From NCBI GenBank assembly GCA_964424125.1, contig CAYRHS010000001.1:1-51192 (forward strand): 51,192 nucleotides of DNA, in the 5' to 3' direction. Shown one piece after another: positions 8,271-17,227 of the stretch. The translations under genes were made by a program, and so were the position numbers. The notes below the pieces were generated by a model that was given only the letters and a program-made list of their open reading frames with translations, was not told where the DNA came from and did no database searches. Source of the DNA: an uncultured Burkholderiales bacterium (GTDB lineage: Bacteria; Actinomycetota; Acidimicrobiia; IMCC26256; JAOSJL01). Every line of letters starts with the position of its first letter. The first letter of the stretch is position 1.

Positions 8271-9101
8271 TCAGATCGGATCGGAGCCCACCCGCCCACC
8301 GGTCGAGACGTGCTCGGTCCAGCGCGTGCCGTCCCAGTAGCGGAACTCGTAGCGACGCATCGGATCGGGGTGCCACGCGGCCGGGAACTGACCCGCGGGT
8401 GCCCGGACCTGCTCCGCGGGCGCCTGCTGCGGCACCGGCTGCGTGGGCTGCTGCGGCGCCACCGGGAGATCCGCCGCCCAGGGAGCGGTTCCCGCCGGGG
8501 TCGACGGAGCGGTCGATTCCGGCGGGGCGGTCGTGGCGGCCGGTGGAGCCCACCCCGTCGGCGTGGCCCATCCCGTGGTGGTCGTGCGCGCGGCGGTGCC
8601 CGTGCGCCGGCTCGTCACAACGTCGACGATGCCTCCGCCCAGGAGGCCCAGCATGCCCACCATCGCGAGGAGCAAGCCCGGCCCGGGTGAGAGCACGTCG
8701 GCGGCGTCGAAGAACCGTACGGAATCGAGGTCGTCGTACACGGAGCCGTACCGGATCAGCGCGAGGAGCCCGGCGAGCACACCGGCACTGATCGCGACGA
8801 CGCCGACCGCGAGGTGGGTACCGCGCGTCGCGTTCTTCGGCTGGCCCGACAGGGCCAGCCACACGGCCGCGAAGACGCCTGCGCCGACGACCACGAGCGT
8901 GGCGACCACCGACAGGCCCGCGTCCTGTTCCTCCCAGGCGTTCCAGGTCGCGTGGACATCGAGGCCGAGGTCGAGCTCGAGCCACGGGAGGAACGAGGCC
9001 ACGAGCACCAGCGCGGCCGCGACGACCGTCACGACGCTGCCGACGCGATTGGGGACGGCGCCGGCCGACTCGGTGTCGCCCGCGTCCCAGGGCTGGGTCA
9101 T
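8271..9101 (-). CDS. membrane protein with C-terminal DUF2510-like domain
   Basis: 276 aa. Four or five TM segments, a Thr/Pro/Gln-rich linker, and a C-terminal WHPDPMRRYEFRYWDGTRWTEHV signature. Confidence 0.7.
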   Translation of the reverse strand: MTQPWDAGDTESAGAVPNRVGSVVTVVAAALVLVASFLPWLELDLGLDVHATWNAWEEQDAGLSVVATLVVVGAGVFAAVWLALSGQPKNATRGTHLAVGVVAISAGVLAGLLALIRYGSVYDDLDSVRFFDAADVLSPGPGLLLAMVGMLGLLGGGIVDVVTSRRTGTAARTTTTGWATPTGWAPPAATTAPPESTAPSTPAGTAPWAADLPVAPQQPTQPVPQQAPAEQVRAPAGQFPAAWHPDPMRRYEFRYWDGTRWTEHVSTGGRVGSDPI

Positions 9102-9294
9102 GGGGGGGAAGCGTAGATGGTCTCTCGCTGGCTCTCCCCGGAATGGGCGGATCGGTTGATGGCGACGAATGGTATGATCTGCTATTATTTCCTCCGCGAA
9201 AGGCCACCAGGGGCGAAACCCGCGGGCGATCGCTTCGTCTCGTTGGCATTACGCGCCGTGGGTACGAGCGACAAGACCAAGGGGTCAGCCTGCA

Positions 9295-11601
9295 ATGAAG
9301 CGAAACCTCAGCCCACGCCGCTTGATCGTCGTCGGTACGCTCGCACTGGCCCTGCCGGTCTTCGCAGGCTGCGCCTCCGACGGATCCTCCGACCAGGCCC
9401 GCGCGGACGTCGTGAAGGTCGAGGGGGCTCAGGCCGAAGCGGCCGACTTCGTCGCGGTCGGTGGCACCCAGCAGGTGACGGTCACCGGCGCCCGGCCGGG
9501 CGTCGAGCTCGAGCTCGCCGACGCCGACGAGACCGTCGTGCAGACCGGCACGACGGACGAGGCGGGCCAGCTCATCTTCCGTCGGGTCGAGCCCGGCGCC
9601 GGCTACTTCGTCGCCGCGGGTGAGGGCGACGCCCTCGTCGTCAGCGAGCCGACCGACGTCGGCGGACTCGACGACGCCCCCGACCCGTCGTTCTACGAAG
9701 GACAGACCATCGACGTCGGCCCGAACGGGACGGGCGCGTTCGGCTACGTCGAGACCCGTGACGGAACGACCCTGGCCATCGACGTCCGCTTGCCCGGACC
9801 GGCGAGCGAGGGCCCCTATCCCACGGTGATCGAGTACTCGGGCTACGACACCGCCAACCCCGACGATCCCGAGCCGGTGACACAGGTCGCGGGCCTGCTC
9901 GGCTACGCCACCGTCGCCGTGAACATGCGCGGGACCGGCTGCTCGGGAGGCTCGTTCCTGTTCTTCGAAGGCGCGCAGGTGACTGACGGCTACGACGTCA
10001 TCGAGGCCGTCGCCGCACAACCCTGGGTCCTCGACCACGAGGTCGGCATGGTCGGCGTGTCGTACTCGGGCCTCGCGCAGCTCTGGGTCGCCCAGACGAA
10101 CCCGCCGAGCCTCGCGTCGATCGCGCCGCTGTCGATGATCGACGACACCTACCGCGCCACCCTCTACCCCGGCGGGATCTTCAACACGGGCTTCGCCAAG
10201 GAATGGGCCGAGGAGCGTCAGAGCGAAGCGGAGCCGGCAGGCCAGGAGTATGCGCAGAAGCGCATCGCCGACGGCGACACGGTCTGCGAGGAGAACCAGG
10301 CGCTGCGCAGCCAGAACCCGGACCTCCTGGAGATGGTCTCCGCCAACCCCTTCTACAACGACGCCGATCTCGGTGATTCGCTCGCCCCGATCACCTTCGT
10401 CGACCAGATCGACGTTCCCGTGTTCCTCGCCGGCGCGTGGCAGGACGAGCAGACCGGGGGCCACTGGCCCGCGATGATCCCCGAGTTCACCGGCAGCGAC
10501 CACGTGTGGGCGACGATGGTCAACGGGACCCACCCCGACCCGCTCGGACCGTCGATCGTCACCCAGTGGGTCGAGTTCAACTCCTTCTACGTGAAGAAGG
10601 AGATCCCCGAGCTGCCCGCGCTCATCCGAACGGTCGGCCCCTCCGTCCTCGGTCCCGAGATCTGGGGGACCGACGACTTCGAGATCCCCGACACCCGCTT
10701 CGCCGGATACGACGACTTCGACCAGGCGCTGGCCGACTTCGAGGCCCAGCAGCCCGTGAAGATCGTCTTCGAGTCGGGCGCGGGTGGGACCACCCCGGGC
10801 GCGCCCGAGGCCACCTTCGAAGCCAGCTTCGACTCCTGGCCCATCCCCGAGACCGATGCCACGGCCTGGTACCTGGGTGCGGACGGTTCCCTAACCGGGT
10901 CGGAACCGACCGACGACGGGGCGGCCGACGAGTACACCTACGACGCCACCGACCACGAGCGCACGACGCTGAACCTCGACGACCGCGAGGACGCATGGGT
11001 CGTCGATCCTCCCTACGACTGGCCCGACCCCGTGGAGGGAACGTCGCTGAACTACGTCGGTGGGGAACTCGACGAGACCGTCGTCATGGCCGGCCACGCG
11101 AGCGCCGACCTGTGGATCTCCTCGCCCGCCGACGACGTCGACCTCGAGGTCACGCTCTCGGAGGTGCGACCCGACGGCAAGGAATACTACGTGACCGCGG
11201 GCTGGCTGCGTGCGTCCCACCGGGCGCTCGACGAGGACGCCTCCACCGAGCTGCGGCCGGTCCAGACGCATCGCGAGGAGGACGCCGAGCCCGTGCCCGA
11301 CGACGAGTTCACCGAAGCACGCGTCGAGCTGTTCCCGTTCGCCCACGTCTTCCGGGCGGGCTCGCGCATCCGGATCACGATCGACGCGCCGGGCGGGACT
11401 CGGCCCCTGTGGAAGTTCGACACGGTCCAGCACTCGGAGCCGGTCCGTGTCGCCCGATCGGCGGATGCACCGTCCCGCGTCGTCCTTCCCGTCATCCCGT
11501 CGCTGGCTGAGGAGGCACCCGCCGCGTACCCGCCGTGCCCGAGCCTGCGCGGTCAGCCCTGCCGCGACTTCGTCGAGGTGCCCAACCGGCCCGCGTCCTG
11601 A
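9295..11601 (+). CDS. CocE/NonD family hydrolase (S15 X-Pro dipeptidyl-peptidase-like), lipoprotein
   Basis: 768 aa. Lipobox LPVFAGC. NMRGTGCSGG block and GVSYSG nucleophile elbow. Large C-terminal beta-domain. AAGGGG sits upstream of the ATG. Confidence 0.8.
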   Translation: MKRNLSPRRLIVVGTLALALPVFAGCASDGSSDQARADVVKVEGAQAEAADFVAVGGTQQVTVTGARPGVELELADADETVVQTGTTDEAGQLIFRRVEPGAGYFVAAGEGDALVVSEPTDVGGLDDAPDPSFYEGQTIDVGPNGTGAFGYVETRDGTTLAIDVRLPGPASEGPYPTVIEYSGYDTANPDDPEPVTQVAGLLGYATVAVNMRGTGCSGGSFLFFEGAQVTDGYDVIEAVAAQPWVLDHEVGMVGVSYSGLAQLWVAQTNPPSLASIAPLSMIDDTYRATLYPGGIFNTGFAKEWAEERQSEAEPAGQEYAQKRIADGDTVCEENQALRSQNPDLLEMVSANPFYNDADLGDSLAPITFVDQIDVPVFLAGAWQDEQTGGHWPAMIPEFTGSDHVWATMVNGTHPDPLGPSIVTQWVEFNSFYVKKEIPELPALIRTVGPSVLGPEIWGTDDFEIPDTRFAGYDDFDQALADFEAQQPVKIVFESGAGGTTPGAPEATFEASFDSWPIPETDATAWYLGADGSLTGSEPTDDGAADEYTYDATDHERTTLNLDDREDAWVVDPPYDWPDPVEGTSLNYVGGELDETVVMAGHASADLWISSPADDVDLEVTLSEVRPDGKEYYVTAGWLRASHRALDEDASTELRPVQTHREEDAEPVPDDEFTEARVELFPFAHVFRAGSRIRITIDAPGGTRPLWKFDTVQHSEPVRVARSADAPSRVVLPVIPSLAEEAPAAYPPCPSLRGQPCRDFVEVPNRPAS

Positions 11602-11683
11602 TCCGCCGGCCCTGCGCTCACGAGGCTCGCGGTAGCCTCCGGCGCGAGCGCGAAGGGAGCGAGCGCGAAGGGAGGCAGGGACC

Positions 11684-12004
11684 GTGGGATTCATGGACAA
11701 GGTGAAGTCCACCGCGCAGCAGGTCGGCGACAAGGCCCAGGAGGTCGGCAAGGTCGGCCAAGAGAAGATCGAGGACGCGCGCGCCAAGAAGAAGATCGAG
11801 GGGCTCGAGCGGGAGCTCGGTGCCCTCGTCTACGCCCAGCGCTCCGGCACGGCCGACGAGGGCAGCGACGCGGAGGTGGACCGGATCGTGGGCGAGATCA
11901 CTACCCTCCGCAGCCAGCTCGACGAGGGTGACGGCGGGGCCGATGCCGACAGCGACGAGGCCAGCAGCGACGAGGCCAGCAGCGACGAGGCCGGCACCGA
12001 CTGA
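11684..12004 (+). CDS. small coiled-coil protein with acidic SDEAS-repeat tail, function unknown
   Basis: 106 aa. GGGAGG upstream of GTG 11684 (in-frame ATG at 11693). The tail is encoded by three 15-bp repeats. Confidence 0.5.
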   Translation: MGFMDKVKSTAQQVGDKAQEVGKVGQEKIEDARAKKKIEGLERELGALVYAQRSGTADEGSDAEVDRIVGEITTLRSQLDEGDGGADADSDEASSDEASSDEAGTD

Positions 12005-12018
12005 CGGGCGAGCGCTCG

Positions 12019-12489
12019 CTACGCGCCCGGCCTGCTCACCCAGCCGACGATCCCGCTCAGCATCGAGACGATCGCGATCCCCGTCAGGCCGTGGATGACG
12101 GCGAGCGCGATCTCCGACGACTGCTCCAGCGAGAGGGTGAACGGGTAGAGGAGCGACGCCGCGATCACCACCAGCGCGCCCCACTGGAAGAAGAGCAGGG
12201 GCCGCGGCGCGTAGAGCAGGAGCAGGTGTAGTAGCCCGGTCGCGACGAGCCCCGCGACGAGCGCGACCAAGAACGCCGGGCCCCCGTCGAGCATCCGGTA
12301 GGTGTCGGCACCCGGAGAGGTGGGCACGAACACGTCGACGTCGAACACGCCCTTCGCCCCGAACAGGCTCACCAGCGCCACGCCGCCGGCGATCAACGAC
12401 GTCGCCACACCTCCGCCCCAGAGCCGTCCGGCGTTCACCACCGGCTTCTCCGAATCGGGTCCCTGCGGGTACCGGGCAGGTGAAGTCAT
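12019..12489 (-). CDS. integral membrane protein, function unknown
   Basis: 156 aa with four clear hydrophobic helices and host-like codon usage. Confidence 0.55.
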   Translation of the reverse strand: MTSPARYPQGPDSEKPVVNAGRLWGGGVATSLIAGGVALVSLFGAKGVFDVDVFVPTSPGADTYRMLDGGPAFLVALVAGLVATGLLHLLLLYAPRPLLFFQWGALVVIAASLLYPFTLSLEQSSEIALAVIHGLTGIAIVSMLSGIVGWVSRPGA

Positions 12490-12576
12490 GAGCGCTCCCC
12501 TCGCGACTGGCGCGGGACCCTAGCGCCACTGCACGGCTCGACCTCCGACCTCCGCCCGGAGGAACAGGGGTGCGAG

Positions 12577-12948
12577 CTACTCGGGTCGGTGACAGACGGC
12601 CTCGACGTTGTTGCCGTCGGGATCGCGAACGAAAGCGCCGTAGTAACCAGGGTGGTATTCGGGCCACTCGCGCGGCTCGTGGAGCACCTCGGCGCCCGTA
12701 CCGACCGCGGCGTCGAAGAACGCGCGCACCGAGGCTCGGTCGTTCGCGATGAACGCGAGGTGCAACTCCCGGTTGCCCTCGACTTCAGGGATCACCGGCC
12801 CGAGCCAGAAGTCCGGCTTGTCGATGCCGTATCCGATGAACTGCTCGAAATCCATGATCCGCTTCGCGCCAAGGGTCGCGAGGACGGCGTCGTAGAACCG
12901 AGCCGCGGCGGACACGTCCGCGCACTGGATCCCGACATGGTCGAGCAT
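12577..12948 (-). CDS. VOC (glyoxalase/bleomycin-resistance/dioxygenase) family protein
   Basis: 123 aa. MLDHVGIQCAD start, HLAF, and GAFVRDPDGNNVEAV C-terminal block typical of the fold. Confidence 0.85.
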   Translation of the reverse strand: MLDHVGIQCADVSAAARFYDAVLATLGAKRIMDFEQFIGYGIDKPDFWLGPVIPEVEGNRELHLAFIANDRASVRAFFDAAVGTGAEVLHEPREWPEYHPGYYGAFVRDPDGNNVEAVCHRPE

Positions 12949-13072
12949 GCCGCAGATCGTATCCAGCCGTCGGCGCTCCAGGGCTCGAACCCGGGATCTG
13001 AGGACTTGGACATCGCGTCACGGTCGGATCAGACTCCGTCGCGGCACAGGAACCGAGGACGAGAGGTAGCGC

Positions 13073-13483
13073 GTGAGCGAGACGAGGGAAGACATGCTCG
13101 CAAGGGTCGACTTCTTCTCCGACCTCTCGAAGAAGGAGCTGAAGCGGATCGCCCAGCTGTTGACCCCGGTCAACGTGGACGCGGGCTACGTCCTGACCCG
13201 CGAAGGCGCGCTCGGCGAGGAGTTCTTCGTGATCTTCGACGGTGAGGCAACGGTCACACAGGACGGGCGAACCGTCGCCACGTTGAAGGCCGGGGACTTC
13301 TTCGGCGAGCTCGCGCTGCTCACCAACATGAAGCGGAAGGCAACCGTGACGGCGACCACCGCGATGAGCCTCGGGGTACTCACGTGGTCCGAGTTCGACG
13401 CGATGCTCGACGACGCGCCCGAGGTCATGCGCAAGCTGCTACATGACGTCGCCTCGATCCTCGCCGAACACCTCGACTACTGA
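13073..13483 (+). CDS. stand-alone cyclic-nucleotide-binding domain protein
   Basis: 136 aa. FFGELALL...RKATVTA phosphate-binding cassette. No output domain. Confidence 0.8.
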   Translation: MSETREDMLARVDFFSDLSKKELKRIAQLLTPVNVDAGYVLTREGALGEEFFVIFDGEATVTQDGRTVATLKAGDFFGELALLTNMKRKATVTATTAMSLGVLTWSEFDAMLDDAPEVMRKLLHDVASILAEHLDY

Positions 13484-13534
13484 ACGGGGCCTGGGGGCGG
13501 GACCGCGCGAGACCGTTCCCGCAGGTCGGGCTCG

Positions 13535-13576
13535 TGGGCGCTACAGGGCTCGAACCTGTGACCTCCGCCTTGTAAG
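13535..13576 (-). repeat. orphan 3' half of a tRNA-Val(UAC) gene (anticodon loop to discriminator); att-like direct repeat of 17228-17269
   Basis: 40/42 identity to the intact gene. The two differences are compensatory within the T-stem (ACAGG/CCUGU versus GCAGG/CCUGC). No 5' half or acceptor partner lies upstream. Confidence 0.8.
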
Positions 13577-13977
13577 TCCGACACGGTCCAGGGTGCCGGG
13601 TACACCCGGGGTGGGTCGCAGTGCTGGTGACCAGCACCTTCGCGCTTCCGGTCATCCCTCGTCGGCGCCCCGCAGACGCTCGGGTCTGAGCCCGTGTGTT
13701 TACAGCGGGTTTACTGCGGGTGACGGCGGGCCGGTCGCATAGCGTCACAACGTGGTGCTCGATCGAGCAAGCCGCGAACCGCAGCGACTACGAGGAGATT
13801 CGCGACGAGGCAAGCAAGGCTCGACAGAGCTACGCAGCGACGCTCGCCTCATCGTCGGAGTTCAGACGGCGAAAGCTGGACCTCGATGATCGACTCCGAA
13901 AATGCAATCGCGCGTGGTGCGATGACCAAGGCGTTCATGTGTACGACGTCGAGCGCGATGGTGAACAGGGAGCCCGC

Positions 13978-14256
13978 CTAGAGCGCGGCGAGCACCACTC
14001 CCGCTGCGATGAGGACAAGCGAGAGCCACTCCCATCCCATTCTGCTGCCGACGAGCCGTCGGACGTCCGCCCGAGCGTCCTCGACCGCCTCGCGCATGAG
14101 ATCGTCGGCGTGCTTGCGCGCGGCGGCGACCCGATCGTTGCGCTCTCTCTCGTGGCGCCCCACCTCGGTTGAGAGCGCGTTCAGGCTCTTCTCAAGATCA
14201 CGCACCCACTCGACCAACCACGCGATCTGGCCCTCGGTCGTCAGCTCCTCAGGCAT
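13978..14256 (-). CDS. hypothetical 92-aa coiled-coil protein with C-terminal TM anchor
   Basis: MPEELTTEGQIAWLVEWVRDLEKSL... ends in WEWLSLVLIAAGVVLAAL. Weak SD. Lies in the lower-GC patch of the island. Confidence 0.35.
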   Translation of the reverse strand: MPEELTTEGQIAWLVEWVRDLEKSLNALSTEVGRHERERNDRVAAARKHADDLMREAVEDARADVRRLVGSRMGWEWLSLVLIAAGVVLAAL

Positions 14257-14600
14257 GGGGCGCCGACTTGTCGTCCCACGAACCGACAGGGCGCTCTCGG
14301 CGCCGAGGGCCGCTCCGGTCTGGACGGTCTGCGCGGTCGGGGGGCGGTGAAGAGCCCAACGACCGAAGCGCCGGGCGCCGCGCCTGGCCAGCGGGGAGCG
14401 CGAACCGAAGCGGTGATCTGTAGCGTCCGTCATGAGCGGCGATGACAGCGAAGCGTCGAGCAACTTCGCCGGCCTGCCGCTCTGCGGTGGACCTAAGTGG
14501 ACGGCTTTCAAACCCTTGAGATTGGCCCGACTGATGGAAAGCGCGGGTCGCGTCGGGGAATCAGGGGGGTGACGATCGCGAAGTCGGGATCGACCGGCGC

Positions 14601-14957
14601 GAGGAGGTCGTCCAAGCGGACCAGCACAGACGCGTCGCCGCCGACGCTCGCGCAGATCCCGATCCCGCCGAGGGGTGGTCGCGACGTTCGGTGTTGGCGA
14701 ACAGCCGGGCGGAGACGCTCGTGCCGTTCATCGGGCGTCGGAACCTCGCCGGGTACCCGGCGGCGTCCGCGCCCGCGGGCCTCCACCCGTCGGGGCTCGC
14801 GCTCTCGGTGCAGCTCGTCGCTCCCAAGGGCGGCGAGGTTCTGATCCTGTCCCTCGCGGAGCGGCTCGAGACGCTGCGCGCCCCTGGCCCCGCCATGCTC
14901 CTCGTTCCTGAGTGGCGTACCTCCCGCCCGCTGAGCGGGCATGCGGTACGCCTCTAG
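14601..14957 (+). pseudogene. C-terminal fragment of an amidase-signature enzyme
   Basis: Translation LVPFIGRRNLAGYPAASAPAGLHPSGLALSVQLVAPKGGEVLILSLAERLE parallels WCVPFNLTGVPAVSVPAGFIDGLPVGLQVVARRCDDARALAAAAALE of the adjacent intact amidase. No N-terminal or GGSSGG part is present. Confidence 0.5.
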
Positions 14958-14973
14958 TCGGAGCGGGGAGAAG

Positions 14974-16425
14974 TCACACTGGCGAGTGACGGGGCCAGGG
15001 GCGGACGCGCTCCAGCGCGGCGGCCGCGGCCAGGGCGCGGGCGTCGTCGCAGCGGCGGGCGACAACCTGGAGGCCGACGGGCAGGCCGTCGATGAAGCCC
15101 GCGGGCACGCTCACGGCGGGGACACCGGTGAGGTTGAACGGGACGCACCACAGGGACGCGGCCCCGGGCCCGAGCTCGCGCCCGTCGACCTCCATCGGGA
15201 GGGGGCCCGCGGCGCCGAACGGGGGTACCGGCGACGTCGGTGCGAGGAGGAGGTCGACCCGTTCGAAGACGTTGGCCAGCGCCTCGCGCACGGCGTAGCG
15301 CGTCTGGTTCGAGGCGACGACCGCCGCGAGGCTCGGCGTCGCCATCTGGCCGGCGAGGATCTCGATCAGGGGCCGGGCACCGGGGGTGCGCTCGAGCAGG
15401 TTCGAAAACATCTCGACCTGGGCCGCCTGCATCGCCGGGTCGGGGTCGGCGTCCGCGATGAACAGCCCGGCGCCGTTGTCCTCCACCGGTGGCAGCGACA
15501 GGGTCGTCTCGACCTCGTCGAGGCCCGCGGCGCCGATCAGCGCGTCGGCCGCCTCCCGACAGATCGCAGCCACCTCGGGCTCGGTGTTGGTGAGGCCGTT
15601 GTCGGTGAGGAAAGCGACGCGCGTGCCCGCGAGGTCGAGCTCGTCGATCGCCTGCTCGAACGAGACGCCCGGCGCGGGCAGCGAGTAGGGATCGCGGTCG
15701 TCGGGCCCGACGACGCAATCCAGGTACCGGCCCGCGTCGCGCACGGTGGAGGCCAGAGGTCCCTTGTGGGTGAGGTTGGCGGCCGTGAGGTAGGCAGGCC
15801 CCCGGGGGACGAGGCCGTAGGTGCCCTTCACGCCGACGACGCCGCAGTACGACGCCGGCAACCGGATGGAGCCGCCCATGTCGCCGCCGGTGGCGATCGG
15901 CGCCATCGCGGCGGCGATCGCGGCCGCGGAGCCCCCGCTCGAGCCGCCCGGCGTGCGCTCGGGATCCCACGGGTTGCGCGTGATCCCGTGCAACGCCGAG
16001 GCTGTGAAGTTGAGCAGTCCCATCTCGGGCGAGGCCGTCAACCCGAACGGCACCGCACCTGCGGCAAGCAGGCGACGGAGCAGCGTGAGCGTCGTGGTGG
16101 CGACGTTGTCGGCTAACGCCGTGCTGGCGTGGGTGTCGGGCCAGCCCTCGACCGCGTCGAGCTCCTTCACCGCGAGCGGGACACCGGCGAGCGGTCCCGG
16201 GTCGTCCCCCGCGGCCACGCGTTCGTCGACGGCGCGCGCCCAGCCGTGCGCGCGTTCGGGGTCGAGGAAGACGAAGGCGTTCAGCGGCTCGTTGACGGCC
16301 TCGACCCGTGCGAGGAAGGCATCGAGGACGTCGACGGCTGTGACGCGTCCGGCGTGGATGTCACCCGCGAGGTCGATCGCGGTGCGCTCGTGCAGCTCCG
16401 ATGGCGGGGCGGTGGGCGTGGCCAC
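14974..16425 (-). CDS. amidase (amidase-signature family)
   Basis: 483 aa. GGSSGGSAAAIAA...GGDMGGSIRLPASYCGVVGVKGTYG signature. Confidence 0.9.
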   Translation of the reverse strand: MATPTAPPSELHERTAIDLAGDIHAGRVTAVDVLDAFLARVEAVNEPLNAFVFLDPERAHGWARAVDERVAAGDDPGPLAGVPLAVKELDAVEGWPDTHASTALADNVATTTLTLLRRLLAAGAVPFGLTASPEMGLLNFTASALHGITRNPWDPERTPGGSSGGSAAAIAAAMAPIATGGDMGGSIRLPASYCGVVGVKGTYGLVPRGPAYLTAANLTHKGPLASTVRDAGRYLDCVVGPDDRDPYSLPAPGVSFEQAIDELDLAGTRVAFLTDNGLTNTEPEVAAICREAADALIGAAGLDEVETTLSLPPVEDNGAGLFIADADPDPAMQAAQVEMFSNLLERTPGARPLIEILAGQMATPSLAAVVASNQTRYAVREALANVFERVDLLLAPTSPVPPFGAAGPLPMEVDGRELGPGAASLWCVPFNLTGVPAVSVPAGFIDGLPVGLQVVARRCDDARALAAAAALERVRPWPRHSPV

Positions 16426-16445
16426 GCTGGATCCCTCCGGTCGGG

Positions 16446-16613
16446 TCAGGTCGGTTCCAGGACGCGTTCGGCCCGAGTCCCGTTGTCGCGGCCGTCGCGG
16501 ATCACGACCGAGCCGTTGGCGACCACGTGCGCGATCGCGACCGGCGATGCTAGTGAGTCCTCGTAGGTGGCGCCGTCGGCGACGCGGTCGGGGTCGCGAG
16601 CAACGTCAAGTGC
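16446..16613 (-). pseudogene. C-terminal 55-codon fragment of a D-aminoacylase-type amidohydrolase
   Basis: ALDVARDPDRVADGATYEDSLASPVAIAHVVANGSVVIRDGRDNGTRAERVL matches the usual ADxVVFDPxxVxDxATFEDPxxxxxGIxxVxVNGxxVxxxGxxTGxxPGRVL tail. Upstream sequence is unrelated. Confidence 0.5.
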
Positions 16614-17227
16614 ATGCTCGCATTCGCGGTGCCCGGGGTGAGAATCGAACTCCGACCGACCCCGTGTCAACGCGTACCGTCCAGTCCACGAATCGGCGTG
16701 AAACCAGCCGATTCGCAGGCTCGCCCACGGTCGTCGTGCCGGCTCGTGACGCCCCGTACCAAGAAGTCTGTGACCATTCCGTGACCACGGGGTCAGGTTC
16801 CGACGTGCCCGGACAGCAGTCGAAACAACGATGGGACTCGAAACCCACGACCCCCTGCTTGCAAAGCTCCCTTGGGGATGTCCTGGACCGACGACCTCGC
16901 CGTGGCGCGCCGGTTCGCGCAGCGTGCGGCCGTGCAGGGTCCCGCGTACGTCCGCTCGGCGACCGTGCCTCCCGAAACCGTCCTCGCCCGGTTCGCGACC
17001 AGCGCCGAGACCGAGGCGGTCGTGAATCCTGACGGCTTGCGGGGTCGAGTCGAGGTCGTCGAAGAGGTGGAGGCCGAGGCGGATCGGCTTCCGTGTTTCG
17101 CTCCCCGGAGGGCAAGACGCACCGGTGAAGCCCGACACCGGCCCTCGCGTCTACTGCTCGTGTACAAACCGCCGCCCCGACCCCGGCGCGCACGAACGCA
17201 CGAGACCGAAAGCGCAGGTCAGACCGG

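Larger units (their letters stand above)
13577..17227. mobile_element. putative decayed tRNA-Val-associated island or recombination scar (no integrase left)
   Basis: Bounded by the intact tRNA and its same-orientation 3'-half copy. Content is one intact amidase plus several truncated genes and a lower-GC patch. Confidence 0.35.

Noticed and set aside
8071-10533. 820-aa minus-strand ORF
   Set aside because: It lies antisense to the CocE/NonD gene and overlaps the DUF2510 gene in another frame. It is an Arg/Gly/Pro-rich low-complexity artefact.
13696-14172. 158-aa plus-strand ORF as a confident CDS
   Set aside because: Its second half overlaps the more protein-like minus-strand ORF 13978-14256 and reads as low-complexity. 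Only the first ~90 codons look coding, so it is reported as a finding and not as a feature.
16628-16866. Two tRNA-like T-arm segments, possibly additional tRNA genes or fragments
   Set aside because: Neither folds into a cloverleaf. The first has only a 3-bp T-stem. The second needs an 8-nt T-loop and has no acceptor or anticodon stems. They are kept only as possible debris in the island finding.
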